Source: Octopus bimaculoides
Taxonomy: Eukaryota
Length of the DNA: 63,625 nucleotides
Assembly (NCBI RefSeq): GCF_001194135.2
Contig: NC_068984.1
Span: 128,908,601-128,972,225 of the forward strand
Direction: 5' to 3'
Each line of letters opens with the position of its first letter. The stretch's first letter is position 1. The position numbers were made by a program, and so were the translations under genes. The notes beneath the pieces are model-generated. The model saw only the letters and a list, made by a program, of their open reading frames with translations, did no database searches and was not told where the DNA came from. Below, in pieces: positions 1 to 12,320 of this stretch.

Positions 1-36
1 ATAAATATGTTTGTATGTATGTATGCATATATGTAT

Positions 37-38
<2 letters not shown>

Positions 39-113
<75 letters not shown>
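39..113 (+). repeat. (TAA)n microsatellite preceded by short (TATG)n
   Basis: Direct reading of the tandem repeat. Confidence 0.97.
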
Positions 114-359
114 TCATGGATGGAATTTATATTTTAATGCATCTCTATGTGCATTTCCATAAATCACATTCTCTCACAATCCTAGTCCGTATGCCTGGGA
201 TGATTACAGTACAGTCCGTAATATCCATGGGCATCGGGTGGATTATAGTATATATATATATAATATATATACGTATTTCATCTCTAAAAATGAGGTCAAT
301 TGTCCGAAAAATTATAGTATTAATATATTTGAAGCTTATTTGTCCTTAACTCAAACATT

Positions 360-720
360 TTATCACGAATAAAATTGCTTATATTTTAGTTTACAAACTA
401 AGTCTGACTCTTGGTATTTCAGACGAAAATAACACAGCCGATAAACAAAAGGTGTCGTTATTAATGAGTTAAAGTTAATTAAAAATTGGCGTGTTATATT
501 TGTATAGCTTGAAGACAAATGTTATAATAGATGAGATCTGCATGTTAATTAACTGCACTTGTATTTGCCTATGTTACATAATACAAGTTGAACATCTCTT
601 TAAAATAGATTTCCCGAAAAGGGAATTGTGTATACTGAAGCAATATCAATAAATAATGAACAGTATTAGAATAGACACACTTCTGAATAGAATTTTAATC
701 AGAAAACATTTATTTTATTT
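360..720 (+). pseudogene. Possible highly degraded Penelope-like reverse transcriptase fragment
   Basis: A stop-interrupted frame reads ...LYSLKTNVIIDEIC...KQYQ*IMNS, loosely like the PLE RT motifs SLFTNVPVDE and KQ..G..MGS. Weak, by-eye match only. Confidence 0.25.
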
Positions 721-1434
721 ATTTTATCGTATTGTAATTACTGATTAGTTCAGCTAATTTTGTTGTATCAGTTTTTACTCACATCATCTTGCGATACAGC
801 TGGTAATATCACTGACGATATGTGTAAGTGTATCACAAGATGATTTGCGAATAACACTCAACATTTGCTTAACTGACCACGAATTATAGTAGGGCTTCAA
901 ATCTGAACTAGCAGCTTAACTTCATCTTATTGCAGATTAAAAACTTAAATACGTTGAGTATTGATTGTTTTAAATATTTGCTGTAGATAGATGGTAATTG
1001 ATTCTGCAATAAAATATTAAAAATTGATCGAGGAAATATTGAAATATTCATAGTCTCTCGATTTTTTTTCACGGCAAAAATGTTTTTAAACATATCTTTA
1101 AAAATTTATTTCGAAGTTTTGTAGTATCAAAGTAAAACAATAAAAAATAAACAAAGTAATTTATTACTGAAAGAATTTTTCTGCATTAATCTTCTTACAT
1201 TCTATATCAGTTATTAAAGCTTTGTTAGATAATTCAGTCACACTAACATCTCATAACTGTTTTGGAACAATTTCTTTTTTCTAATCAAAATTAAAAGGTT
1301 TTTACTTACGTGGCAATATCTATAATATTGTGTGCCAAAATCTAGATCAAAATATCACCTTTTTCTATACAAACCAATGTAAATGATGAACCATCAAGTA
1401 CGTTGAGTTAGAGAAGGATTTTATCCAGTGTGTG

Positions 1435-1915
1435 GACTGAACCAATTTGAGTTAACTGTAACAGTGTGAAAATTCAGAAGAATCAATGGAGGCAGTGAGC
1501 CAACAAGAGATCAACCTACGAGAGAGCTGAAATGAGTCAATGAAGGAGTTAGGTTAACGAGGGAGCTGAATCAAGGAGGGATTTGGGCCACCGTGAGAGG
1601 CGAACGAAAGAAGAAACTGATCTAACGAGAGAATTAAATCATCAAAGGAACTGAACCAACGAGGAAAACAAACTATTGAGTTCATCATCAATCTGAATCA
1701 ATAAGGGAGGCGATTCCATGAAAGAGTAGAGATTAGGAGAGAGAAAAATCAATGAGAAGCTGAACAAATTAAGTTTGATCAAGGATTCGGCTGGGCTAAT
1801 GAGTGAAGTGAGTCAATATGGGAGGTGAGATAGTGCAACGAGTCGGCTGAGCAAACTATGAATCGCGAACTGAGCCAACGAAAGAATTGAATTGTAGAGT
1901 GAGTATAGATAACGA
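1435..1915 (+). repeat. Degenerate purine-rich minisatellite, ~18-bp unit (GAACTGAACCAACGAGAG-like)
   Basis: Recurring variants: gagctgaatcaaggaggg, gaactgaaccaacgagga, gaactgagccaacgaaag, aagctgaacaaattaag. Confidence 0.65.
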
Positions 1916-2287
1916 GTTAGTGATCTTCTACTTGGTCTTTCAACCTGCAAGAAATAGGACCGGAAACGCTTTCAAGATAGACAATTCCACATTAAAAGAT
2001 ATTAAATATGGTCACAATGATTGAATAAAGGAAGGGATTGTCACAGCTCTAAATACCATTTTAATGGCTTAGTCTAAGGCGAAAGAGTAACATCTATACC
2101 TTTTCAACGTTCCTGCGACCTGTATGAATGAATGAGAAGGATATAAGTTACTTTTTAGCAAAACACCTGAATGCTTCCAACAGAGTGCATAACACCAAGT
2201 ACTCAATAGCCAGATAGTTCTAAATCTGCTCAACCACAGCTTTCCTAGAAATGAAAAAATACCACCACCACTGTCACAGTTAGCACA

Positions 2288-2359
2288 ACGATGACGACGA
2301 CGACGACGACGACGACCACCACCACCACCACCACCACCACCACCACCACCACCACCACG

Positions 2360-2391
<32 letters not shown>

Positions 2392-2420
2392 CGACGACGA
2401 CGACGAAGATGACGACAACA
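2288..2420 (+). repeat. Compound trinucleotide microsatellite (GAC)n-(CAC)n-(AAC)n-(GAC)n
   Basis: Direct reading. Confidence 0.95.
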
Positions 2421-3114
2421 GCAATTTTTCCGATTGTTTTTGATTAAGGAAAGTAATGGGCTATAGCACCATTCAAACAAATATAACTAGTTGTCTTACA
2501 CCAGTTACCATTATCCACCAGTTTGTAGAATCGCCTGTTAAATTTTACAGAGCAATCTTTTACTAATTACCTCTCACAATTATACGCAAATAACAACAAA
2601 AATTGTTTAATGATAGATTTGAATATAATAGCATGAAATATTACGCATCAAGGATGTAATTATTTGATTATTAATAATGAGGGATTGGTGGAAAATATAA
2701 GGACAGAGGTAAATAGAATTTTGTGGCGGTGGGATAGAGGTTTTCTGATTATGGAAACGTAATAAACAGCGAAAAGACAGAAATCAGGAAGTGAAAGAAA
2801 AGTTCAAGGATAGGAAGATAGATAGATAGATAATAAATAAAAGAGTGAAGAAGTGAGGAAGTGAGAGAGAGACAGAGGGAGAGAGACAGAGAGAGAGACA
2901 GAGAGAGAGAGAGATAGATAGAGAGAGAGAGACAGAGAGAGAGAGAGAGNNNNNNNNNNTATGTATGTATGTATGTATGTATGTATTCACACACGCACAC
3001 ACAACACACTCATAAAGAACTAAATATCGTACAATATAAAATACATCTAAAAAAATAAACTTTAATTTCTGAATGTAATTAACTATTGAAATTCTAATTT
3101 CCGATATCGTAACT

Positions 3115-3142
3115 ACATGATGATGATGATGATGATGATGAC

Positions 3143-3178
<36 letters not shown>

Positions 3179-3260
3179 AATGGTAGTAGTGGTGGTGATG
3201 ATAATGGTGGAGGTAGTGGCGGTGGTGGTAAAGATGGTGATGACGACGATGAAGCTGAGC
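3115..3260 (+). repeat. (GAT)n / (GGT)n microsatellite
   Basis: Direct reading. Confidence 0.93.
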
Positions 3261-3639
3261 TTGATTGATGATAATAATACTGATAATTGATCTGAGAGAG
3301 GTTATAGTAACAGCCAGAAAATACACTCGATATGAACTATTGCAGGTTGTTGGATTTGTTGTTTTATTATTGCTTTTTCTTGTATCTTTTATTTTTGTTT
3401 TTGTTGTTTTTGTAGCTCCAAATCCATCTTGCCGTCCAGTTTTAGAACTATATTCTTGTGTGCTCTTCCTTTATTTATGACGAAACAATACAATTTGAGG
3501 GAGTCTTTTACTGCTACTTCTAACACGTAGAGCTAACACAATTATATTGTAACCTTATTCAGCAATCCCTCCAAACAGCTTTCTTTCATTATATGCAAAA
3601 TCACCGCCTCCCATAAATGAATACATATCGTTTCTAGAA

Positions 3640-3835
3640 TCGTGGAGGGTTTACAAGTGTTTGAGATTAGTGAGCAACTTCTAATTGCGTTCTCTCTATA
3701 CGAATGCGATGCCCAGATGCATCTGTTCAGATCAATGGAGTTAAGTCGAAAGCTTTCAATGAAGCCATTGAAGTTCGGCAGGAGTGCGTATTATCACCTC
3801 CCCTTTTCATAATTTTTATGAACTGGATTGACATG
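3640..3835 (+). pseudogene. RTE-type non-LTR retrotransposon RT fragment
   Basis: Translation CPDASVQINGVKSKAFNEAIEVRQECVLSPPLFIIFMNWID matches the RT motif GVRQGCVLSPLLF. Confidence 0.8.
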
Positions 3836-3957
3836 CATGATTTTATGAACTCCTTCAGCTGTACTAAGTTAACAAAACATTTTCTAAGTGAATAATATAT
3901 GAAATATTTCATTAGTTGTTTGTTGCTGACTCTTAGACGAAAGTAAGCTCTAATCAA

Positions 3958-4130
3958 GCAGATTTATAGTCAATGACGTCCTAACCATGACTATCCCTCA
4001 CGGAAGACACAGTATATCCAAGACTACATTATCCAATATGTCCTTCCATTTTTTAAGACAGAAAGGAATTATATAAGAGAGATTTGACTGGTGCTTCTAG
4101 CAGAGCAAGTGCCCGCATTGAGATTCCCGC
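3958..4130 (+). repeat. Unclassified old interspersed repeat (family D); other copies ~1935-2075(-), 26625-26680(+), 34030-34205(-), 59505-59670(-)
   Basis: Shared core like GAGGGAGATTTGGYTGCTATTTCTAGCAGG, with GACTACATTATCCAAT in the 3958 and 34030 copies. Confidence 0.6.
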
Positions 4131-5547
4131 GTTAGCTTACCTAATCTTCCATAAAGGTAACAGGTTCACACCAACACAGACTTTCATAGGCAAAACAGCA
4201 AGGAATCGAGGATGAAGCGAACCATTTTAGGACCAAGATGTGAATTGCAAGCACAGAAAAAAAAAACCCACTGGAAGCATAATTATATCCAGAAAACTAA
4301 TGAGTCTTTAATTTTACAAATTTATAAATAAGCACGCAATCACTGTAAGCTGTATTAACTAAACTATTTTATGTCTTAATTAACGAGACTCTTATAGCGA
4401 AATACTGAAGACCCCCACAAAGTATAATGTTTAATATTTAATGAAACTTCTTACGTTCATCGTATCTTAATGAGAAAGCTAGTTCTGCTTTGTTTAGCAA
4501 ACTTTAAGCAAGTTGGACCGGATTGATGATGCAGTAATTTTATACTGGTTTGCAATATCATTATCCGCAAGTCAAACACGCAACAATATCTGGCATAAAT
4601 GTAACCTTGACAAGCGATAAAAACAGCGATGTAATTTTAATGCGCCATTCCTGAAAAGTAGAATCTTATTCAATATCTTCATAGGATATATAAATTCCAA
4701 AAATAGATAAACTATATTTGGACATCAAAATGTTATTCATTTGTAAATGAATTAACTCGAAACGCAAGGAATCAGAACAGGCATTGTAACAAAAGAAGTT
4801 TCGTATATTCGTAGTTTAAGTTCATAATTTTGTAAATATCGAAACGTGTTAGGCAATTGATCCATACGACTGAAATATTCTGTAGTATTTTCTCTCATTG
4901 ATTTTAGTTTCTGTTATTTTAGTATTGGAAAATTAACTGTGCAGTAGTATTTTTTTTTTTTTAGTTGAGTTACGAACAATTGCATCATTGATTCAAATCT
5001 GATATTAATAAGATTAGAGGTAACAGCTTCACTCGGCTCTCGCACTTGGAAATTCAAGTCATTTATGGATCTACTGATATCGGCCAAAAATACTAAATTG
5101 CATAATCATTCTGCTGTTCTACGTCGTTTTTACATCCATGTGAAACTGGAAGGCGATGATAAACAAAAAAGAACGTATCTAGCACCCTTACATACAAAAA
5201 GTAAAGAACAACAAAAAAAGAAAGAAAAGAAAATGGGAAGACAAATGTGAAATGTTTTTATGGTCGCCATCAATTAGAAGACATTATATATGATTTCTAA
5301 CTCCTTGAGAATGAGTTTTACCTTCAACCTTAGTAACCTTTTGAGAACTAATTCCAAACTGTGGTCTCTCTCTGGTCGGTGGCTTTTGCATTGAAATAAA
5401 TAAGGCCATAAAGTGTATTTGAGTGTCTCAACAAAGTGATTAAAGGTGGTTTTATATAATCTGTTCGTTGTGGAATAAAGCTGAAAGGATGTGGATCACT
5501 GGTAGCCGACTGAATCTTTGTTTACTAACATTGTTCACCTTATACTG

Positions 5548-5860
5548 AGCAGGCATGGCTACGCAACCACGTGGTCTCGAGTTGAGTCCCATGTAGTGGA
5601 GTGAATTCACTAGATGGAAACTGTGTGGAAACCATCATATGTATGTGTATGTGCGCTCACGTGCACCCCCCCCCCCCACGCTTGACATCTGGTGCCTCCC
5701 ACTACTTGATAACCGGTGCTGGTTTGTTTACGTCTCCTTAACTTAGTGGTTCGGCAAAAACACTAATAGATTAAATAGACTATTGAAAGTATTAAACCCT
5801 TCAGAGCAATGCCTCCAGTAGGACCGCTGACCTTTGACTGAAACAAATAAAACATACAAG
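5548..5860 (+). mobile_element. tRNA-derived CORE-type SINE (family B), internally deleted
   Basis: Head gcaggcatggct..., GT-rich middle, and tail ...taacttagtggttcggcaaaa...gactgaaacaa, homologous to 14135-14565. Confidence 0.75.
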
Positions 5861-6084
5861 ATAAAAATATGTGACGTCTTATATATTTCTAAATCTAGTT
5901 GAGATAACGGAGAACTCTATCGATTCTTTGCAACAATTCTCCACAACTGACAACGATCTTTTTATTAATTGATTTAATATGTTATCTACACCTATCCTTT
6001 CATTTCGCCTGAATGCCAAACCATTTGCTTTCTTATTTCCATTAATATCTAGATGGTCTGGTATCCAAATCATTCTTACTTCTT

Positions 6085-6290
6085 ATATTTTCGTTTTCCT
6101 GTTTCAGTCGTTGGACAACGGTCATGCTTGGACACCGCCTTGAAAGATTTAGTCGACCAAATCGACCTCAGTAAATAGTTTTGTTTTGAGTCTGGTACAC
6201 TTAATTACCAGCCTTTTTTGTCAAAACGCTAAGCTACGGGGAAGTAGACAAAGCAAACACTGGCTTTCAGGTGGTAGTGGGCATAAAGAC
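6085..6290 (-). mobile_element. Family B SINE 3' part
   Basis: gtttcagtcgttggac...ccgccttgaa...gctaagctacggggaagtagac matches the family B tail. Confidence 0.7.
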
Positions 6291-6330
6291 ACACGTGTAC
6301 ATACATATATACATGCATACATGCATGCAT

Positions 6331-6405
<75 letters not shown>

Positions 6406-6546
6406 GGAGGAAATTTTGACTGGCGACTGTTGGTGCTGCCATCTGCGATTGTTTTCGGAGTAAGATGGAGAGAAAGAGAATTTGCTAAGAAATAGAAGGC
6501 TGGGAGAATTTTCCGTCAGGGGGAGAGAATCACTCAGGGCTTTTTC

Positions 6547-6583
<37 letters not shown>

Positions 6584-6687
6584 GCGAAGTCATTTTCTTA
6601 TGGTTGAGAGAATATATGAAATAATATTTCCATAAATGCATCCTTTACCCATTTTGGGTGTCCTAGTAGCTATATATATATATATAC

Positions 6688-6815
6688 ACACGCCGGGCTA
6701 CTTTCGATTTCTGTCTACCAGAAGACCTTGCTCGACCAAAGACTATAGTAGAAAGTGCCACCCAGTGGGACTGTACCCATAACCACATAGATGGGAAACA
6801 AGCTTCTTAATCACA
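6688..6815 (-). mobile_element. Family B SINE 5' part
   Basis: ctgtctacca...gactatagtagaa...gtgccacccagtgggactg...aagcttctt matches the family B head. Confidence 0.7.
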
Positions 6816-6985
6816 TAAAATGAGTTTCCCATTTTAAATTTGATTGTAACTAAATAACGAGAATTTTAAATACTGTTTGTGGCGTTAATTCATTAGATAC
6901 TCGTATACCTCTTCGCATTAATAACTGATAAGCTCTCGCCTTCGAAAGTGAATTAGGCGTGTTAACCATAAGGGGAATACTTGTA

Positions 6986-7620
6986 AGATCTATAAAGTAT
7001 TTCACTTTGTCTTTCATTTCATAGAAGCACTTGAGCCTGCGCCCTTTGCTTAACCAGGGAATCTTAGAATGGTTCAACAAATCACCACATTCGACTTCAA
7101 GGAATTTCGATATTTCTTGGTATTCTCTGTTGTTCAATAACTTATTTATGTAGCTAATACAATTTATCATCTTTTCCATCACCTTATTTAAGTACATAAA
7201 CGTTGGTGATGAATATTAAGGTATTAAGGCATTTATTTAAACATCCGAGTGAAATCAGAATTCTATGGCAGACACTATTAAAATCATGTTGACTGTTGTT
7301 CAATTTTTTCTTGGTTAAAGTAACAACTGTTTTTTGAGATCTTAACATAGATGGCGCTCAGTTCGTAACTACGCCTCTCAGATTTTCGCAGACTAAATTT
7401 GTTTATTCAACCTCATAAAACAGATCTTCACTAGGTTTGTCCCATGTATCTGTTTGAAAGAAATATTTTTCCTATCGTAAAGTTTGCCTTTATCCCACGT
7501 ACAAATATATCGCTTTTACAATATATGCAGTCTTGTCTGCAGCTATCGAATAACGCACAAATGTCAGTGATGCTTCTTTCAAAGATACCGTTGGAGACCG
7601 TTAAATATATCTTTTATGCA
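6986..7620 (-). pseudogene. hAT (Charlie/SPIN, GTF2IRD2-like) transposase fossil
   Basis: Frame-shifted translation gives YSIAADKTAY (cf. FSLALDESTD), GVVTN*APSM (cf. TDGAPSM) and GDLLNHSKIPWLSKGRRLKCFYEM (cf. DLLYHTEVRWLSRG). Confidence 0.8.
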
Positions 7621-8232
7621 GTGATAAAATGCCCTCCACGATAAACTAATATTGATTTCTTACATTTTTCAATATATTGATTTCTAACATGTGATAAACT
7701 AATATTCTCGAACAGACTTACTTTTATACGGTTAAAATTCATTCCACTGTAACAATACATACTTCAGAAAATTCACATTCTATACATTGTTTAATTTTCC
7801 TTGTAATTAGCTTTATCACTGCGTAACTTGACTGTATTATCGAAATATTTTAACTGAGTAGGCATGTCTGTGAGGTTAAAATGTTCTCTTTGAAACCACG
7901 GTGTTTCGCATTCAATTCTATTGCGAGGATCCTTAGGTAAGTACTTTCTACTATAGATCCAAATCTACAAATGGACTAATGGAGTTTCCACACAGCTTCC
8001 GTTTATCATTTTCGATCAAGTCATTAATTGGCTTCGAGTTATAGTAAAAAGCTGTTAATCAATAAGGCGCGTAATGATTCCGAACACGAAACCAAGTGGC
8101 TGCAAATGGAACTTTTTAACTTGCGCGGTCATGTCTGCGCTTGTGAAAGTATTTCGATAGTGCAATTAACTTATGCGGTCTTGAAAGTAATTGCGCAGAT
8201 AAGAAAACTGCTTGTGTGTGTATGTGTATATG

Positions 8233-8288
<56 letters not shown>

Positions 8289-8755
8289 CACAGAGACTTC
8301 CACGCAGTTTCCGTCCACCAGTTTTGCGCTGTGTGTATATGTATTTGTGTGTGTTTGTATGTGAGTAGCCTTTGTGTTTGTTCGTCCTCTCACTGACTGA
8401 TAACCGGTGTTGGTTTATATACGTTCCACTGCTAAAAATTAAGTACTTTGATCGGTTACTTCTACCTTGAAAATAGACTGTTTACCCAAAGAATCTTTCG
8501 AAAATGTAAACTAAGTATAAGCTTAACGCCTCGTTAGTTTGCCGCATTCCTCGTTCTTGGTGAAAAAGTGGTGTTCAAAACTGTGCTTTTTTATAAACTA
8601 TAGAATCGATTCCTTCCATGCATATTTTCCATTTACTTCTGTGAAAAAAAATATCAATCGTAGGCAAGATTTTTTTTTCTTTTCTAAGTACTAGCCATTG
8701 CAGAAGTTATTTTAATGTACTTCAGATTATTAATGTAGTATATTTAAGACACACG

Positions 8756-9308
8756 NNNNNNNNNNNNNNNNNNNNNNNNNNNNNNNNNNNNNNNNNNNNN
8801 NNNNNNNNNNNNNNNNNNNNNNNNNNNNNNNNNNNNNNNNNNNNNNNNNNNNNNNNNNNNNNNNNNNNNNNNNNNNNNNNNNNNNNNNNNNNNNNNNNNN
8901 NNNNNNNNNNNNNNNNNNNNNNNNNNNNNNNNNNNNNNNNNNNNNNNNNNNNNNNNNNNNNNNNNNNNNNNNNNNNNNNNNNNNNNNNNNNNNNNNNNNN
9001 NNNNNNNNNNNNNNNNNNNNNNNNNNNNNNNNNNNNNNNNNNNNNNNNNNNNNNNNNNNNNNNNNNNNNNNNNNNNNNNNNNNNNNNNNNNNNNNNNNNN
9101 NNNNNNNNNNNNNNNNNNNNNNNNNNNNNNNNNNNNNNNNNNNNNNNNNNNNNNNNNNNNNNNNNNNNNNNNNNNNNNNNNNNNNNNNNNNNNNNNNNNN
9201 NNNNNNNNNNNNNNNNNNNNNNNNNNNNNNNNNNNNNNNNNNNNNNNNNNNNNNNNNNNNNNNNNNNNNNNNNNNNNNNNNNNNNNNNNNNNNNNNNNNN
9301 NNNNNNNN
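8756..9308. other. Assembly gap; others at 2950-2959, 13771-14122, 15448-15890, 20124-20209, 25257-25580, 31096-31710, 38198-38840, 43176-43258, 61727-61736
   Basis: Runs of N, mostly flanked by (TA)n or (CA)n. Confidence 0.99.
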
Positions 9309-9611
9309 ATATATAGTAAAAAGAACTGTAAATGCTGCCTAACATTCAAAATTAATGCACTTTATTTGTAATGATATAACCGACAAGCTAGAATGAAAAA
9401 TACCAACTTAAATTCACTCACTCTGTTAACCCTCATCTCCAATGACGATACATCATAAGAGAGAATAAATGAGTGCAAGTCGTGTTTTATTTATTAAATT
9501 TATTTATTAGAGCGGGGTGAACAAATGTTAAATCTATGACTATTACGTCATTAATTCATATGCATTGCAACTCAAGTATTTCAGATAATATAAAACTCCT
9601 TATATGCATAT

Positions 9612-9650
<39 letters not shown>

Positions 9651-9677
9651 TCTATTTATTTTTGCTTCATGGCGCCA

Positions 9678-9862
9678 TCGTATTTGATTTTATATAAAAC
9701 GCACTTTTTCTCAAAACAATGTCGCAAAAAAATCACTGCGGGTCTTATATGTGAACTAGAGCCTCCATTACATGCACTAAAAATTTTTGTTTCGTGAATA
9801 TACGCTGCTGAAATTGGGATGCGTTTAATATGCCCATGCGTCTTTTATGCTATCAAATACGG
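9678..9862. mobile_element. pogo/Tigger-like MITE
   Basis: Imperfect TIRs (t)cgtatttgattttatataaaacgcac and atgcgtcttttatgctatcaaatacgg, with TA on the right flank. Confidence 0.65.
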
Positions 9863-9904
9863 TAAATCACTGCTTTAATCATTCTTTCTACTATAGATAT
9901 AAAG

Positions 9905-10150
9905 CATGAAATAACGTAGTAGTCCATAAAAATAGGACAAATGCTGCTGTTGATTAGCTCCGAGAAGCGATCGCCTCTAGCTAGCTATATGACGCACAAA
10001 TCTGCGTCTATAACACCTTCGAACAGGGGAGGTCATCAACTTCCCCTTGCTGGCTTGGCATCCACAGACCGGTTTTGGGGTATTTGCCCCTTATCAATGT
10101 AGAGCAGCCGAGTCCAGCAGGCGTCACTGTTAACTGTCTGTTCGAAGGTT
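9905..10150 (-). mobile_element. Structured Penelope pLTR-like or retrozyme-like element carrying a hammerhead
   Basis: GC-rich island with several hairpins, a 12-bp inverted repeat (10015-10026 / 10138-10149) and an HHR motif. Confidence 0.6.
10062..10102 (-). ncRNA. Type I minimal hammerhead ribozyme, variant (U3-A8, G12A)
   Basis: CUACA-UUGAUAA-GGGG CAAAUA CCCC-AAAA-CCGGUC-UGUGG: 5-bp helix I, 4-bp GC stem II, palindromic ACCGGU stem III, GUC cleavage triplet. Confidence 0.75.
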
Positions 10151-10243
10151 TTATTTATATATATTTAGTGAAACACATTCACTGATTTTCAAAAAATAGA
10201 AATATAATTTCTAAATATCTCTTATACACACACACATATATAT

Positions 10244-10279
<36 letters not shown>

Positions 10280-11670
10280 GATAAAAAACAACAGATGGGT
10301 TGTGGTTCACTCACTACAGCTGTTTCAGAGAAGATTTTTTTTACAGATGAATAAAATTATTACATCATGCGGAAAAAAAAAAAGAAAACCCGCTTTCCTC
10401 TGGTGAATACTTGTACGAATTAAACACTGCAAAATATCTCTGACCGAATTTCGTCGGTGAGTCATGAAATGGCACTTATTGTGAATTTAAGATGTTTTGA
10501 AATATTTAATTCGTACATGCCTGGTGTAATTAAAAAAAAAAACTACTCTGAAACAGCTGTAGTGAGTGAACCACTGTCCATCTGCTGTCATTTTTTTTTT
10601 ATCATTAACCTGACTCGGAACCTGGAAATAGCGTGTATCTGGAGTCTATTGAGTGCCGTACAACTGATGCAGTGTTTGTACCCATGTGCAGCTTTGAGAC
10701 TCGTGGTATATTCAGTCAGCCACGTATATACGGGACTCATCGTAAACCAGTCACATCTGGTTGTTTTCGATACGTTTGCAGTAACGTTGTGTTTTTCTTT
10801 CTATTTCTTTCTGCTTTCTTCTATACGAACGTCTCATGTTCAAACGTCATATGATTGAACGCTTCTGACAAACGATCTTGTTCTCAACTTTCAAAATGAT
10901 GAAATAAATGTTTCGGCCATGAAATCCTAGGTAATTGTACTTCACAAGACTTGCGGCTTTCATTATTGTATGTATGTATGTATGTATGTATGTATGTATG
11001 TATGTATGTATGTATGACTGTCGGTGTGTGTTTTTTTAAATTTCTCTGTCTGAAAAATGTCGAATGGGAAATTCCTTACACATCTATCTAACTTTGTAAT
11101 TTCTATTAGAAAATGATACACATGTAGCGAAAATATAACTCACAAAATTTCTAGTTTCCTGTTACATATTCATATATATATATATATATATATGATAAAT
11201 GTGTGTTCATATAAATATAATTTTATGTATGTATATACAGAAACATAGATAATTACTGAGGAGCGTTGGCAGATATAAGATTGGCAACTATTTAATTTAA
11301 CACCTACTGATATAGGTGAGGTATTTATATATCATTTATATACACACGATTACGCACCGAGATCAAGCAAGTGATTTACAGAACACGACCGTTTATTCTA
11401 ATGTATGTACTTTGATTTATTTTCCAAGTGTCATCCAGGTGAAGCTATTTTTGATAGAATTGCTCTGAAATTTGATTTTTGAGCCCTTTGCTCTTTACCG
11501 TTATAACAGAAAATCAACAAAATATTCATTCACATCACTACAATAAATATATCTTTTGTGTGTACGCGTTTTTGTATGTATGTGTTTGTGTATGCATGCA
11601 TGCATGTATGTATGTATGTATGTATGCATGTATGTATGTATGTATGTATGTATGTATGTATGTATGTATG

Positions 11671-11869
11671 TCATAACTCAGTTTTCAAGATTTCTTGCCA
11701 ATAGAAAAAGAGCCGGTTTCTAACCTAGATCCAAGGATCCTGCATTGGAATTTCAGCAACATCAACACGGTGTTTTTATATGTATGTATGTATTATGTAT
11801 GTAGGTATGTATGTATGTATTATGTGTGTATGTGTGCGTGCTTGCATGCGTGCATTCGTGTGTGTGTCT

Positions 11870-11950
<81 letters not shown>

Positions 11951-12320
11951 CATTCTTGCGCACATGTATGCGCACACTTGGGTGGAAGCATGGATGTCAT
12001 TATATATGTGAACCTTATAACACGCAAAACTTGTGAGTTTTATATATTTTGATAGTGTCTGTAATCGCTTGTAGCTTTAATCTCTTGATTAGGTGTGATC
12101 GGGTTTTGTGAACTTCAGTGTCTGGTTGTACAAGATGCTCGTTCAGGAACTTCTTTACAGAAATATCTACGGAAGAGTCGCACCCAATGTACACTGGCCG
12201 ACTGTTTCATCTGCAAATCAGGTATGTGTTAGCAAACTTACATTTTCTACCCGACTGAGAGCGCTAAAACCAATGATTCATACATTAGAGGTACGATGCA
12301 ACACATCTGAATAAGGGAAT
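11671..12320 (-). mobile_element. R4/Dong-clade (RLE) non-LTR retrotransposon 3' fragment with 3' UTR
   Basis: Degraded C-terminus RPVYIGCD...LIKRLKLQAITDTIKIYKTHKFCVL*. The 3' UTR (TCTAGGTTAGAAACC...TTGGCAAGAAATCTTGAAA) is homologous to 17615-17670 and ends in (CATA)n. Confidence 0.7.
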
